Positions 30,494 through 42,035 of a stretch of 64,000 nt of DNA are shown piece by piece (position 1 is the first letter of the stretch; each line of letters begins with the position of its first letter). The notes under the pieces were generated by a model that saw nothing but the letters and a program-made list of their open reading frames with translations, did not search any database and had not been told where the DNA came from. Made by a program: the position numbers and the translations under genes. Origin of the DNA: an uncultured Actinomycetota bacterium. Lineage in GTDB: Bacteria > Actinomycetota > Actinomycetes > Mycobacteriales > Mycobacteriaceae. The stretch lies in assembly GCA_963801365.1 (NCBI GenBank), contig CAWDEZ010000007.1, forward strand, positions 276,124-340,123, given 5' to 3'.

Positions 30494-32675
30494 GTTCATC
30501 GACGAACTGCACACGCTGGTTGGCGCCGGTGCTGGCGAGAGCGCGATCGACGCCGCGTCGATCCTCAAGCCCAAGCTGGCGCGCGGCGAGCTGCAGACGA
30601 TTGGTGCCACCACGCTCGACGAATACCGCAAGTACATCGAAAAGGATCCCGCACTAGAGCGCCTCATCCAGCCGATTCAGATCGGCGAAATGACCGTCAA
30701 GAACACCATCGAAATGCTCAAGGGTATGCGCGACCGGGATGAAGCGCACCACCGGGTGTCCATCACAGACAGCGCGATCCGCGCGGCGGCGATGCTGGCC
30801 GACCGATACATAAACGACGGGTTCTTGCCGGGAAAGGCCATCGACTTGATCGATGAGGCCGGTGCCCAGATGCAGGTCCGCCGGATGAGCGCACCGCCAG
30901 ACCTCCGCGACTTCGACGATGCGATCGCCGATACCCGAAGTGAGAAGGAGGCCGCGATCGATGCGCAGGACTGGCAGAAGGCGGCCAACCTGCGCGACCG
31001 TGAAAAGCAACTGGTGGCCCAGCGCGGCGAGCGCGAAAAGCGATGGTACTCGGATGATCTCGGTGTCGTGGTCGAGGTGGACGAGGAATGTATTGTCGCG
31101 ATGATCGCCGACGTAACCAACGTTGCCGCGGACGAACTCCGCGCAGCGCTTCCATGGGCGATTCAGCCGGAAGCGTTGCCGGAAACAGACACCGACACCG
31201 AGCACCAATATGTAATGTTGAACGACAAGCCTGTCGATAACGCCGACGATGACATGCTTGGCACGGCAAACATCGTCCAGAGAATCGCATCGATTCTCCA
31301 GGAGTCACGGAATGCGGCGCCCTTTGTCATGGCTATCGACGGCGGATGGGGTGTTGGTAAGAGCACCCTGCTAACGCAGATCGAAGCGCGACTTCCTGGC
31401 GAGCCTGAGGTCGTCACGCTCCAATTCAACGCATGGACAGCCCAGGGCGAAAACGCACTTGAAAGCCTGATCAAATCAGTCCTCCTGAAACTCGACCCAA
31501 ATATCGTGCGGCGCTGGGCGCGCAAAATAGTAAAGCGGCGAGGCTTAGTCGGCCTGGCGCGGATCGGATTCGGTATCGCTGCAAGGTTTCTCGGCGTAAC
31601 ACGACTTGTCGACGCGATGTGGACCCAACTCGAAGTCGACGCACAGGCGCGCAACCAGCTCCGCGAGAACATCCAGGGAATGCTCTCCGAGTGGGTCAAG
31701 CAAGGCGGTAAAACAGCTGGCGGTCGAACGCTTGTCGTGTTCATCGATGACCTCGACCGCTGCCCAGACGATGTCGTCGTCCGCGTATGTGAAGCGGTGA
31801 AGCTCTACCTCGATGCACCGGGACTGATCTTTGTCATCGCCTGCGACCTTGCGGTGCTTGCTCGCGGTGTTGCTGGTCCCGCCCGAGGCGGTGTTGGGGA
31901 AGGGCGGACGTATCTAGAAAAGATCATCCAGGTTGCTTACCGGGTACCTGCGCCGGGTAGCGATGTCGTGCGCGGGCTGATCAAAGGCTACGGCAAACGG
32001 TCTGGCATATCACACCTGCTCGACCCCACTGTGGTCAACATACTTTCCGACGCGACGGGGCGGAATCCTCGGCGAATCAAACGGATCATCAACAGTTTCG
32101 TGTTGGAACATCACCTGGACCCAGCGTGGCGGCGCGCGCCCTTGAACAGCGCTCTGCTCATCACAGCAATCCTTCTCCAGCAACTTAACCCGTCGTTCTA
32201 TGCAGTAGTTGTCGACGAGAATTCTGGGGAAGATCCCATCGGGGATTTCCTGGACTACGCTACCGTCCGCGCTAAGGCGTCGAACCCGCCTCTTGGCGAT
32301 AATGCGTGGTGGTCGGCGGTACGTCGGACATTCAAACAACGCGGCCTACCGGCACCCAGTCCAGTTTCACTCCCGGTGGGCGAAGCTTTACCGCTCGAAG
32401 ACCTCGAAAAGTCGTTATCAGATGAATATCCAGCGCTTGACTACCCGCGCCTCGCGCGCAACGAAGCGTTCGTCGCACGGCTGCGACGTATCGGCGGACT
32501 GAGCACCCGCCAGGCACTTCGCGCGCATCTACTTAGCAGTCCGCTCGGCACCGAAAGGGTCGTTGAATCGGCTAGCTCTGTGGCCGGTATGGCTCCAGTG
32601 GATGAATTCGCATCGACAACCGACGTCGAGTCCCTTATGGACGAGGCGTCCTCATCACTCAGTCATCATCAATGA
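30438..32675 (+). CDS. Fusion of a ClpC-like fragment (NBD1 C-half, lid, UVR/M domain) to a KAP-family P-loop NTPase; 5' end deleted
   Basis: [14 protein letters not shown]...[18 protein letters not shown], then KAP Walker [13 protein letters not shown], Walker [10 protein letters not shown] and YLEKIIQ. Confidence 0.85.
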   Translation: MVTTSITAAPWEYPPSTILFIDELHTLVGAGAGESAIDAASILKPKLARGELQTIGATTLDEYRKYIEKDPALERLIQPIQIGEMTVKNTIEMLKGMRDRDEAHHRVSITDSAIRAAAMLADRYINDGFLPGKAIDLIDEAGAQMQVRRMSAPPDLRDFDDAIADTRSEKEAAIDAQDWQKAANLRDREKQLVAQRGEREKRWYSDDLGVVVEVDEECIVAMIADVTNVAADELRAALPWAIQPEALPETDTDTEHQYVMLNDKPVDNADDDMLGTANIVQRIASILQESRNAAPFVMAIDGGWGVGKSTLLTQIEARLPGEPEVVTLQFNAWTAQGENALESLIKSVLLKLDPNIVRRWARKIVKRRGLVGLARIGFGIAARFLGVTRLVDAMWTQLEVDAQARNQLRENIQGMLSEWVKQGGKTAGGRTLVVFIDDLDRCPDDVVVRVCEAVKLYLDAPGLIFVIACDLAVLARGVAGPARGGVGEGRTYLEKIIQVAYRVPAPGSDVVRGLIKGYGKRSGISHLLDPTVVNILSDATGRNPRRIKRIINSFVLEHHLDPAWRRAPLNSALLITAILLQQLNPSFYAVVVDENSGEDPIGDFLDYATVRAKASNPPLGDNAWWSAVRRTFKQRGLPAPSPVSLPVGEALPLEDLEKSLSDEYPALDYPRLARNEAFVARLRRIGGLSTRQALRAHLLSSPLGTERVVESASSVAGMAPVDEFASTTDVESLMDEASSSLSHHQ

Positions 32676-32740
32676 GCAACATGCGTCCTGAAGTCCACGG
32701 TGAACCGCAGGACGCTGCCGGTAGCACATGACTGCGACTG

Positions 32741-32777
32741 ACTTTCGAGACGCTCGTAACTCGTCTATTTCGAGACC
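32741..32777 (+). repeat. 37-bp dyad repeat, copy 1
   Basis: ACTTTCGAGACGCTCGTAACTCGTCTATTTCGAGACC; contains the TAG stop (32765-32767) of the minus-strand cyclase-ATPase gene. Confidence 0.8.
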
Positions 32778-35429
32778 GCGTTCAGCTCTGCTCGGGCCTG
32801 GTCGATTTGGTCGTATGCGTAGGTCGCCATCGCGGCGGTGGTCATCGTCTCGCCCTTGCGGGCAAGCGATTCGTAGGTCTGGTCGCCGAGCACGTTGCGG
32901 AGATGGGCGATCGCGGTGGTGATTTCGAGGTACGCCATTTCGGTGAGGGACTGAGCGCGAACCCGGCGATGGTGGCCGCCGGTTCATGGCGTCCGAGCCG
33001 GTCCAAGACCGTGGCGAGGCGAGCCAGTGGGTTGCGCATCGTGGTGGTGTCGCCCGCGTCGTGCATGTTTCGGATGGCCAGACTGATCTGGTCGAACGCG
33101 GACGCCATGTCGCCGTGCGTGGCCTCGAGGCGGGGCAGGTTGGATGCAATTGTGGATTCGATGAAGCGGTTGCCGCTGTCTTGAGCGATCACCAGGCCCC
33201 GGCGCAACGCGTCGAGTGCGCGGGCGGGATCTGTGTCGGCGTACGCGGTGCCGTAGGCGTAGAGCACGAAGGAAAGCACAAACGGGTTCCCCGTTGCCTC
33301 CGCAGCCTCCATCAGGCCATCCGCAACAACCCTGGCCTCCTGTCCCGAACCGGCGAACACAAGCCCCAGAACCAGACTCGCCCGGATCGTCACCGGGGCG
33401 TCGCGGCGGCGGCGCAGCTCGGCGCGGCACACCTCCAGCCACCGTTCGGGCTGCCCGACGAACAAGTAGGCACCTCCAAGCCCGCAGCCGTGCGGCAGCG
33501 CATCGCGGTTCCTGCCCAGAACGAACTGGCCGTCGTCGCAGTATCGAACGGCCTCCTCGACCCGCCCCGCCGTGTAGCACAACGACGCCATCAGGTACAA
33601 AGCGGCAAGCCGGGGATGGTCTATCGCACGGGCGGGCGCGATCAGCTCTTCAACCCAGGCGATCGGCTCATAGTTCTCGATCGCCGCGCCAAGAAACCCG
33701 GCATAGGTGGCGATCGCGGCAGCGGTGTCGAGGTCGCCGTGGTCGGCGGCCCAGCGGAATGCGGTGCGCAAGTTGGCCAGCTCGGTGCTGAACCACGTGT
33801 ACGACTCGCGCTGGCGGGGGCTGTTCCACATGGCCATGATGTCGGATTCGCGGCCAGCGAAGTGGCGGGCATGCGCGGCCCGAACCTCTGTGCGCCGCAC
33901 CGCTCGCCACGAGTTGCTCCTCGGCGAATTGGCGGATCGTCTCCAGCATTGAAAACCGGGTCCGCCCCGAAGACCGGTCCGCGACGAGTAGCGACTTGCG
34001 CACCAGAGCGTCCAGCAGATCGAGGACGGCGTACTCGTCGATGTCATCGAATCCGACTACGGCGCAGGCGCTCTGGAGGTCGAATCCGCCCGCGAACACC
34101 GAACACCTTGCCAGCAGAGACTTTTCGGCGTCATCGAGCAGGTCATAAGACCACGCCACCGCGTGACGCAGCGTGTGGTGGCGTTCCAGTCCGCGCCGCG
34201 AGCCGACCAGCAGCCGGAATCGGTGATCGAGACGATCACGGACCTCACTGGCCGTCATCGACGCCATCCGCGAGGCCGCCAACTCGATCGCCAGTGGTAT
34301 CCCGTCGAGGCGTCGGCAGATTTCCACCACCGCGCCCGCCTCATCAGCTGTGGCCATCGAGAAGCGCGGCGCCACACTCCGGGCGCGTTCGACGAACAGA
34401 TTGACTGCGGCAGAGTCGACTCCCCCGCTGAGATCCAGCGAGGGCACCGGCCACACTTGCTCGTCGGCGCCCCCCAGCCCTTCGCGGCTGGTGGCCACGA
34501 TTCGCACCGTCGCCGAGGCCGCCAGGATGGCTTCGATCAGATCGGCGGCGGCGTCGAGCACGTGCTCGCAGTTGTCGAACACCAACAGCCGGATTCTGCC
34601 CTCCAACGCGGCGGCCACACTCTCGCCCACGCTCTTGCCCGGCTGTTGAGTGATACCCAGCACCGCCGCCACCGCGTCGGGCACCGCCGCCGGATCGGTG
34701 ACCGCCGCCAGTTCGAAAACCCAGACGCCATCGGGAAATTCACCGGTCAGCCGTGCCGCGACTTCGGTGGCCAGGCGGGTCTTGCCGACCCCGCCGACAC
34801 CGGTCAAGGTGACCAGCCGATGTGTTCGCAGCGCGGCTTGCACCTCGACGACGTCGGACTCGCGCCCGATGAAGCTATTGGTTGCAGGCCGCAGGTTGCC
34901 CGAACTCGTATCGAGCGCACGCAGAGGCGGGAACTCGATGGCGCAGGCCGGGCGCCCGCAGCTGAAACACCGTGATCGGGTTCGGCACATCCCGCAGCCG
35001 TCGCCGCCCCAGATCGAGCAGATCAACACCGGTGAGCAGGACCGCCGTCGACTCGGCCACCAGAATCTGACCGCCATGCCCGGCGGCCATCACCCGCGCA
35101 GCACGGTTGAGCACCGCACCGAAGTAGTCCCCGTCGCGCAGTTCGGCCTCACCGGTTGCGATGCCCATCCGCACCGGCAACTCCAAGGCCCGCTGTGCGG
35201 CTACAGCTGCATCGACAGCAGATTTCGGCGACGAGAACGCGGCGCATACCCCGTCACCGGTGTGCTTGAACATGAAGCCGCCGTGCGTCTCGATCGCGGC
35301 GCGCAACACCTCGTCATGTGCGACGAGGGCCGCCCGCATCCCATCCGCGTCGGCCTCCCACCGACGGGTCGAACCCTCGACATCGGTGAACAGAAACGTC
35401 ACCACCCCCGAAGGAGCAGCCGCCGTCAC
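32765..35429 (-). pseudogene. Class III adenylate cyclase - NB-ARC/STAND ATPase - TPR-like protein, three frameshifts
   Basis: FLFTDVEGST, KHTGDG, LNRAAR; Walker A GVGGVGKT; ends DQARAELNAVSK*. Frame breaks near 34940, 33890 and 32945. Confidence 0.9.
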
Positions 35430-38400
35430 GTCATCGCCTCGGCCCACGCCATATGCCCTTCGAAGCCAAGCGATGTGGCCATCGCGCGGTAGCGATCCCG
35501 ATAGTCGCGATACGCGGTCTCGTCGTTGTGAGCTCGTGCCAGTAGCGCGCGCAGGCGCAGTAGGGGGAGTTCGTGTAGGACGAACCCAGGGTCGGTCGGT
35601 ACAGCTGCCAACCTGTCGATCGCGGCCTTGGCTTCCTGCAGGTCGGCGTCGGCACCCCTGCGCAACAGCGCTTCCACGAGAACGGCGGTCGCCGGGCCGC
35701 GAAACACCATTTCGCCCGTGTCGAACAGAAACTCGATATTAGAACGGGCCCCTTGGATCGCATCGTCGATATCGCCAAGCTGAGTCTTCACCTTCGCGGT
35801 GAGGAACTCGACCCTCTCGACCAACCTCTCTGCGTAATGCTGCCGCAGCATGGCATCACGTAATTTGGTGAACTCGTCGATGCTGAGAGCCAGTTGCGGC
35901 GCATCGCGATTGACTAGTGCCATGCCGCGAACGGTCCGGGCAATCAGCAGCGCGAAGTCGTCGCCCGATTGCTCAGCCATCTGCAGCGCGTCAGCGGTCT
36001 GGGCCATGACCGATGGGTCGAATCGCAATGCCCCGTTGAGGGTGGCGAATCCTTTGTACAAGATGACCCCGATATGCGAGGTCGTGTCTCCCGCCTCGCG
36101 GGTCATGTCGATGGCGTGCTCGAGGTCGTCTGTCCAGCCCGCACGTCCAAGACAGCATCGGCCGCCGCCGCGCACCGCGAGGGCAAACGCCAGCGGTGAT
36201 CCGATTATCAGGGCGCCCTTGGTTGGGTCGCCGTCGGCGAGGTCGATGACGCGCTGCGCCAGCCGCAGCGCTTCGGTGACTTCCCCGGCTTGGATTTTGG
36301 CGTTGCTTGCCGCGATGGTCAGTCCGACTGTCAGTTCAGGATTGCCAATTTTCTCGACGAGCGCGGTCAACTCCGAGGCCATGCGCGCCGCCTCGCGGAA
36401 CCGACATTCGAACATATGCGACGTGAGCACCCCAGCCATGCCGATAGCCAACGACACCGGATCGTTAGCGGTAGTGCATAGGTCGTGGAATTGTTCGAAG
36501 CGGTGGTCGGCGATGGTTGCCTGCGTTCTCCACGAGTTCCCGCAAACTAGGGTCCAGGGGGCGATTCGCATCGAGGTCCGGTCGGGATCGTCCTCAGGCA
36601 ACCGTTCCGCAACAGCCCGCGCTCGCTGCCAGCTCAGCTGTGCCGCGCCGATATCGCGGCTTGACGACCATTGTGCTGCCCGCATGTGCCAGCGGTATGC
36701 GGCGCGCAAATCACCGGCGGCCTCGCGGTGCTCGGCAATCAGCGCCGCGTTCTCATCGATGGATGCCGGGTCGCGGGTCTCGATCGCGTCGGCCAGGCGA
36801 CGGTGCAGCTCGGCGCGATCGGATTTGAGCTGTGATTCATAGGCCACTGTGCGAATCAACGGATGGTGAAACACGTACTCCGGTTCACGGGTGAATCGGA
36901 TCTGATCGATGAGCTCGCCCCCGACGAGGTCCTGCAGGGCAGGATCAATCCCCAGCGTTTCCAGTAGGCCCCGGCTGAACCGCGAGCCAATGACCGCCGC
37001 CGCGCTCAAGGTGCGCTTCGCTTTCGGGTCGAGCCGGTCGATCCGTGCGGCGATGGCCGACTGCAAGGTGGCGGGCACACTGACCTCACGCACATCTTCG
37101 CTTGACATGTATGCGCCGGGGCCGCCGCTTAACACACCCCTCTCAGCCAACTCGCGCACAATCTCCTCAGCGAAAAATGGTGTACCGGCTGCCCTTTCAG
37201 TGATCGTCTCGATCAAAGCGGCCACCGAGGGGTCCGAACCGAGCAACTGGGACACCAGGGCGGCAGTCTCGGTATCGCTCAGCGGCGCAAGGGCTACCGT
37301 TTGCGCACCAGTCAACTGGGTCAATGGACCGCGATATTCGGGTCGGTAGGTGAGCAGCATCAGCGAGGGCGTCTGCGCGACCACCGTGAGGAAGTCCGCC
37401 AGCAGCGACTCGCTGACCTCATCAATCCAATGAGCGTCCTCAACGACATAGACCGCTGGGCTTTCGCGGGCCAACGACGCGGCGTTCACCAACGCGGTCA
37501 ACCGCCGCCGCCGCGCATCGGGATCTATTGCCGGTAATGGAGTGTCCGGGTCGGCGATGCCCAGCAGGTCATCAAAGACCATCCAATCCTCGGGGTCCGC
37601 GTCGGGAACCCGGTCGCGCACTTGCTCGCGAGCGATGTGCGCGTCAAGACCCTCGACACCAAGGGCCGCGCGGAGCAGGCGCGCGACCGCATGGAACGGG
37701 ACCTGACTGGTATGGGACTCGCAAAACGCGGTGAACACTTGCACACCACGGCGACCCGCCATCGCAGAAACTTCACGCACGAGACGGCTCTTGCCGATGC
37801 CTGGTGGCCCCACGACCCCTACGACTGCGCCGTGGCCGTCGATCGCGCGGTCCAACAAGGCCTCAACGGCGGACAACTCCCACCGCCGACCGACGAGTTT
37901 CGACTCAGCACGGCTGACAGCGCGATGCCGTTCGCCCATGCCCAACAGCCGCCGGGCCGAGACCGGTTCATCGGCACCCTTGATCCGCACCATCTCCGGC
38001 TCACCAAGCGCCGCTGCGCCATCAACCAGTCGCGCGGTGGACGCGCTGAGCATCACCGCACCCGGCGGTGCGATCGACTCCATCCGCTGAGCCATCCCCA
38101 CCTGCTCACCGATGGCGGTGTAACCCAAAGCACCCGAGCCGATCTCACCAGCGATCACCTGCCCCGAGTTCAGACCGATCCGCAGCCGCAGATCCGCGCC
38201 GTCGCAGCGTTGGACCTCTTCGGCAAGCCGCTTCGCCTCGTCTTGCACACCCAACGCCGCCAGGCAGGCGCGAACGGCGTGGTCCTCCAACGCAACCGGC
38301 GCACCAAACACCGCCATGATGCCGTCGCCGGTGAACTTGTCCACCGTGCCGCCGTAGCGCTGCACCACCGCCGCGCAGCGGTCGGCGAGTTCTGCCATGA

Positions 38401-38626
38401 TCTCGCGCAGCCGCTCCGCACCGACGGCTGCCGCAATGTCCATCGAATGAACAACATCGGCGAACAAGACGGTGACTTGCTTGTACTCCGCCGATCGACT
38501 GGCGTGTGTGAGCGGTGCACCGCACTCGTTACAGAACTTGGAGCTCGGTGGCAGTTCGGTACCGCACGACCCACAGAACAGCCCCGTCCCGGTCCGTCCA
38601 CCGCCACCATCCCCGCTGGGGTCCAC
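35426..38626 (-). CDS. Zinc-ribbon - class III adenylate/guanylate cyclase - AAA/STAND ATPase - helical repeat protein
   Basis: CGSC/CNEC, VLFADVV, DKFTGDG, GPPGIGKS, VVEDAHWID; intact 1066 aa; stop overlaps the start of the next gene. Confidence 0.93.
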   Translation of the reverse strand: MDPSGDGGGGRTGTGLFCGSCGTELPPSSKFCNECGAPLTHASRSAEYKQVTVLFADVVHSMDIAAAVGAERLREIMAELADRCAAVVQRYGGTVDKFTGDGIMAVFGAPVALEDHAVRACLAALGVQDEAKRLAEEVQRCDGADLRLRIGLNSGQVIAGEIGSGALGYTAIGEQVGMAQRMESIAPPGAVMLSASTARLVDGAAALGEPEMVRIKGADEPVSARRLLGMGERHRAVSRAESKLVGRRWELSAVEALLDRAIDGHGAVVGVVGPPGIGKSRLVREVSAMAGRRGVQVFTAFCESHTSQVPFHAVARLLRAALGVEGLDAHIAREQVRDRVPDADPEDWMVFDDLLGIADPDTPLPAIDPDARRRRLTALVNAASLARESPAVYVVEDAHWIDEVSESLLADFLTVVAQTPSLMLLTYRPEYRGPLTQLTGAQTVALAPLSDTETAALVSQLLGSDPSVAALIETITERAAGTPFFAEEIVRELAERGVLSGGPGAYMSSEDVREVSVPATLQSAIAARIDRLDPKAKRTLSAAAVIGSRFSRGLLETLGIDPALQDLVGGELIDQIRFTREPEYVFHHPLIRTVAYESQLKSDRAELHRRLADAIETRDPASIDENAALIAEHREAAGDLRAAYRWHMRAAQWSSSRDIGAAQLSWQRARAVAERLPEDDPDRTSMRIAPWTLVCGNSWRTQATIADHRFEQFHDLCTTANDPVSLAIGMAGVLTSHMFECRFREAARMASELTALVEKIGNPELTVGLTIAASNAKIQAGEVTEALRLAQRVIDLADGDPTKGALIIGSPLAFALAVRGGGRCCLGRAGWTDDLEHAIDMTREAGDTTSHIGVILYKGFATLNGALRFDPSVMAQTADALQMAEQSGDDFALLIARTVRGMALVNRDAPQLALSIDEFTKLRDAMLRQHYAERLVERVEFLTAKVKTQLGDIDDAIQGARSNIEFLFDTGEMVFRGPATAVLVEALLRRGADADLQEAKAAIDRLAAVPTDPGFVLHELPLLRLRALLARAHNDETAYRDYRDRYRAMATSLGFEGHMAWAEAMT

Positions 38627-38689
38627 GTCAGTATCGTTTCACTGCTGGTCAACGATTTATGTCATATCGCCGTGCCATCTCCGACACGA

Positions 38690-38726
38690 AGTTCTGAGAC
38701 CCTCGTATGTCGTCTATTTAGAGACG
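38690..38726 (+). repeat. 37-bp dyad repeat, copy 2
   Basis: AGTTCTGAGACCCTCGTATGTCGTCTATTTAGAGACG. Confidence 0.8.
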
Positions 38727-38932
38727 CCGTAGCCAGCGGATATCCTTGCTTCGGCTGCGCCCCTCCTGGCCCTCGAAGGCCAGCCAGAACGAGATAATTG
38801 CCATCGTGCCCATCCTCGGCGACGACCCCTGGGTACACATACGACTCCCAGAGCTTCACCGGCGAATGGGATCAGTGCACCGAGGCTGAGGCCGGACGGA
38901 AAAACAAAGCAGCTCTTCTGAACGGCGACTCG

Positions 38933-39613
38933 TTACATCGCTTCTAGCTTTGCCACCTGATCGTTGAAGAGCTTCACTAAGGCGTTTGTATCGTTCGGTG
39001 AAATGTCGCCGCCGGGCTTTTGACCGAAGGCCACGGAAACGTAAAGACCACGGCAAAGGCCAATGACGCCAGCGCCGTCAGCTCCTGGGCTGGTAACGCG
39101 CGTTGCGTTAGCCCAACTGGGCAGCCCCGGCAGCGGCAAAGGCGAGACCGTGCCGGTGTGTCCTTGATATTCGATCGTTCCACACTTGCCAAGCAGGCTC
39201 CTGAGGTCTGGCCGCTCTGCGGGCACCACAAGGTACAAACTAAAGAGTTTGCCTTCGTTGTTCGTCGACGTACCAACGGATCTCATCGTCGACCAAGTAA
39301 CGGATCCCATTTGGGTGTGGGCCGGTCCCCAAAAGATCGGCCCACACTCCGGCGGATCAACCGGGTCATTCGGCCCTTGCGTGTCGCTACTTATGCTGGG
39401 TGCCGTAAATTCCATTGCGGGACTGTTGGGGACAGCCGACCGATCAACGAACATCGAACTGGTCACCTGCGTGAACTCCGGTTTCTGCGGCGTTTCATTG
39501 CTCCCCGGCGCTGCGGACTTGCTCGCAGCCGAAGAGCAGGAGACCGTCATCACCACCATGCATACCGCTGCGGTCACTGCCAACAGTCTCGCGTGAGTCG
39601 CACCTACAGCCAC
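38933..39613 (-). CDS. Putative lipoprotein (possible PknH-like sensor fold)
   Basis: Signal peptide ending MTVSC; DPPECGP...KC...C pattern. Confidence 0.65.
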   Translation of the reverse strand: MAVGATHARLLAVTAAVCMVVMTVSCSSAASKSAAPGSNETPQKPEFTQVTSSMFVDRSAVPNSPAMEFTAPSISSDTQGPNDPVDPPECGPIFWGPAHTQMGSVTWSTMRSVGTSTNNEGKLFSLYLVVPAERPDLRSLLGKCGTIEYQGHTGTVSPLPLPGLPSWANATRVTSPGADGAGVIGLCRGLYVSVAFGQKPGGDISPNDTNALVKLFNDQVAKLEAM

Positions 39614-40215
39614 TATGTCTTCCCCCGCCCGAAGGCGGCCAGCTGGAGCCTGGCCCCCTTCTGCAGACAGGTCTTGTCTGGTAGTTGAGTATCGCGTAGT
39701 GGCTGGCTGTATGGCTAGTTGTGGTGCGGACTTGGTTGTCGATTCGGGGCTATCTGGTCAGCGGTCATGGCGAGTATTGCTGGCCACTCCCGGGTCGATC
39801 AGCGGACCCGGAATCTGGTGAGTGACGGCGGGCAGGCCGAGGCTCTTGTTGCCGACCACTCGCGCCGGATCTGCTTGGTGCAGAGCAGAGGTCAGAGGCC
39901 CTTGATGCCCATAGTCATTGAGGGCGTCGAGGGTTTGCTGCTGGTTGCTCATCAGTGGTGTGCCTCGTTCCAACCAGAAACCGACTCGATCCCGCATGAC
40001 CGTCACAGACCCCGGTGCTGGACCTCAACGCCGCGTAGAGGTTTCCCTGGCAGAATCGCTACGCCCCGTTGAAGTTGCCGATGTCGAGTGCTCCCGCTGC
40101 AACGCCGTGTTCGTCGACTAGGGCGCCTACGACAGACATCGGCCTGACGGCAAGTGCTCGAGTCCATCGGCTGTCGGGTTGGTCGTCGCCGCCAAGGTGC
40201 CCTCGGCCACCGAAC

Positions 40216-40648
40216 CTAGACCGCGTCGTGGATCTTGGTCCGATATGCGTCAAATGTGCGTTGTCCGAGCAGCTTCCAGAGTATCCGTGGCGCCACGGGG
40301 ATACCGGAGAGAAACTGCCGTTGCTCGTCGGGAGCGGCATCTTGGAGCGCGAGGCCGAGGAATACGAGGGCCAACTTGTTCTTGGGCAGGAACTCCGCCC
40401 CGCGCGCGACGCAATCCTTCCATTCGTCATTGGTGATGTGCTCGCGGATCAGCGGAAGGATGTCCCGTTCTTCGTTCTCGAGATGCGTATCGACTCTGGC
40501 CGATAGGTCCTCGGTGGCTCCGATCAACTGCGCTGCCAGTTCGGGGTCAGCCGACTTGCCCCAGGGTCTTCGAACGATCTGTACTTTCTCGACTGACTCG
40601 GCGATACCGGCGTGCTCGTCTTCCATCTGCTGGATCTTGAGGTCAGGT
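40216..40648 (-). pseudogene. Hemerythrin-domain protein, 5'-truncated
   Basis: MEDEHAGI...DTHLENEERDILPLIREHIT; fused at its 5' side to the P450 N-half. Confidence 0.78.
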
Positions 40649-41107
40649 CGGGTATGGCCTGGCGATGTCGGCGACCACATCGCAGCGCCCCACGGTGGTG
40701 AGCGGCTCCACCAACTTGGTGATGATCTCGACCATCGTTTCCCGCAACCGCTCGACGGCCCTGGGCATGAACGCCTTTGACACGAGTCGGCGCAGCCGGA
40801 GGTGTTCTTCGCCGTCGAGACTCAGGATCATCTTGACCATCCTCTCCCAAAGGGGACCAGAGGTAATGCCTTGTGCCACAAGGCCGATCCCCGTCGGCGA
40901 GCAAAACTGCGGATCGCGCAGCACGGTTCGCACCAGGTCATAGGTCAGCACTTCGGGACCGAACGGCCCCAGCGCGATCGGCGCCTGCTGCCGTGCTTGG
41001 CGGATGATCCGGTGCGCGTCGTCGGGTTTAGCGTCGTGATATGCAATGGTCGGTAGCCCGGCGTCGAAGACGCTGCGGCTGGATTGCTGGCCGGTGTGGA
41101 CAGTCAC
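40646..41107 (-). pseudogene. Cytochrome P450, N-terminal half
   Basis: LDGEEHLRLRRLVSKAFMPRAV...DVVADIARPYPT, then stop. Confidence 0.88.
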
Positions 41108-41155
41108 GGTGGTCCCCCTGGAGTCTGAACGAGTCGACTATGCGGTTGCTGACCC

Positions 41156-41238
41156 CTCGACGGCCTCGATTCACGCACGGGGTGGGCTGTAGGCCGCCTA
41201 TAGCCGAGGTGGTCGAAAATCACGTTTGTGCCGACGGC
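41156..41238 (+). repeat. 83-bp direct repeat, copy A (copy B at 42742-42824)
   Basis: CTCGACGGCCTCGA...CTGTAGGCCGCCTAT.GCCGAGGTGGTCGAAA.T.ACGTTTGTGCCGACGGC is shared between the two copies. Confidence 0.8.
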
Positions 41239-41258
41239 CCGATAGCCTGACGCGGACG

Positions 41259-42035
41259 ACTCCCATCATCTGCACGTTGCTCGGCACCCCGCGTGAGGAC
41301 TGGCAGCTGTTCTCTGACTGGGCCGACGACATCAAGAAGGCCTTCGACTGGAACGTCGCCAACGACGAACCCGACATTCTGCGCGCCTGGGAGGCGCTCG
41401 ACGGCTACATCGACGACATGATCGCCAAGCGGCGCCACCACCTCACCGACGACCTGATCTCCGAACTGATCCGCGCCGAAGACAACGGCGACCGCCTCAC
41501 CCACGACGAGCTGCTCATGCTCGCCACCATCCTGCTCGGCGCCGGAACCGACACCACCCGCAACCAGCTGGCCGCCTCGGCGCAGGTACTCTGCGACCAC
41601 CCCGAGCAGTGGGCGCTGCTGGCCGAGCATCCCGAACTGGCACCGAAAGCGGTCGAGGAGACCATGCGCCACTCCCCGGTCTTGCTCACCCCGATGCGCA
41701 AAGCCGCCGCCGACGTCGAACTCGGCGGGGTTATCATCCCGGCTGGCACACTGGTCATTGCCAATACCGGTGCCGCCAACCGCGATCCCGCCGTCTACGA
41801 CGAACCCGACCGCCTCGACATCACCCGCGACGCGCCTGCGCCCATGCTGACCTTCGGCGGCGGCGCCCACTACTGCCTCGGGGCCAACCTCGCCAGACTC
41901 GAACTCGCCGAAGCCCTGACCGTTATGACCCAGCGAATGCCCAACCCCCGCCGCACCGGGCCCGCCCCCTGGAAATCACTAGGCGGAGTCACCGGCCCGA
42001 CCGCCCTGCCCATCGAGTTCGACGCCGGACACTGA
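41259..42035 (+). pseudogene. Cytochrome P450, C-terminal half (opposite strand to N-half)
   Basis: TPIICTLLG..., AGTDTT, EETMR, FGGGAHYCLG heme motif. Confidence 0.9.
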
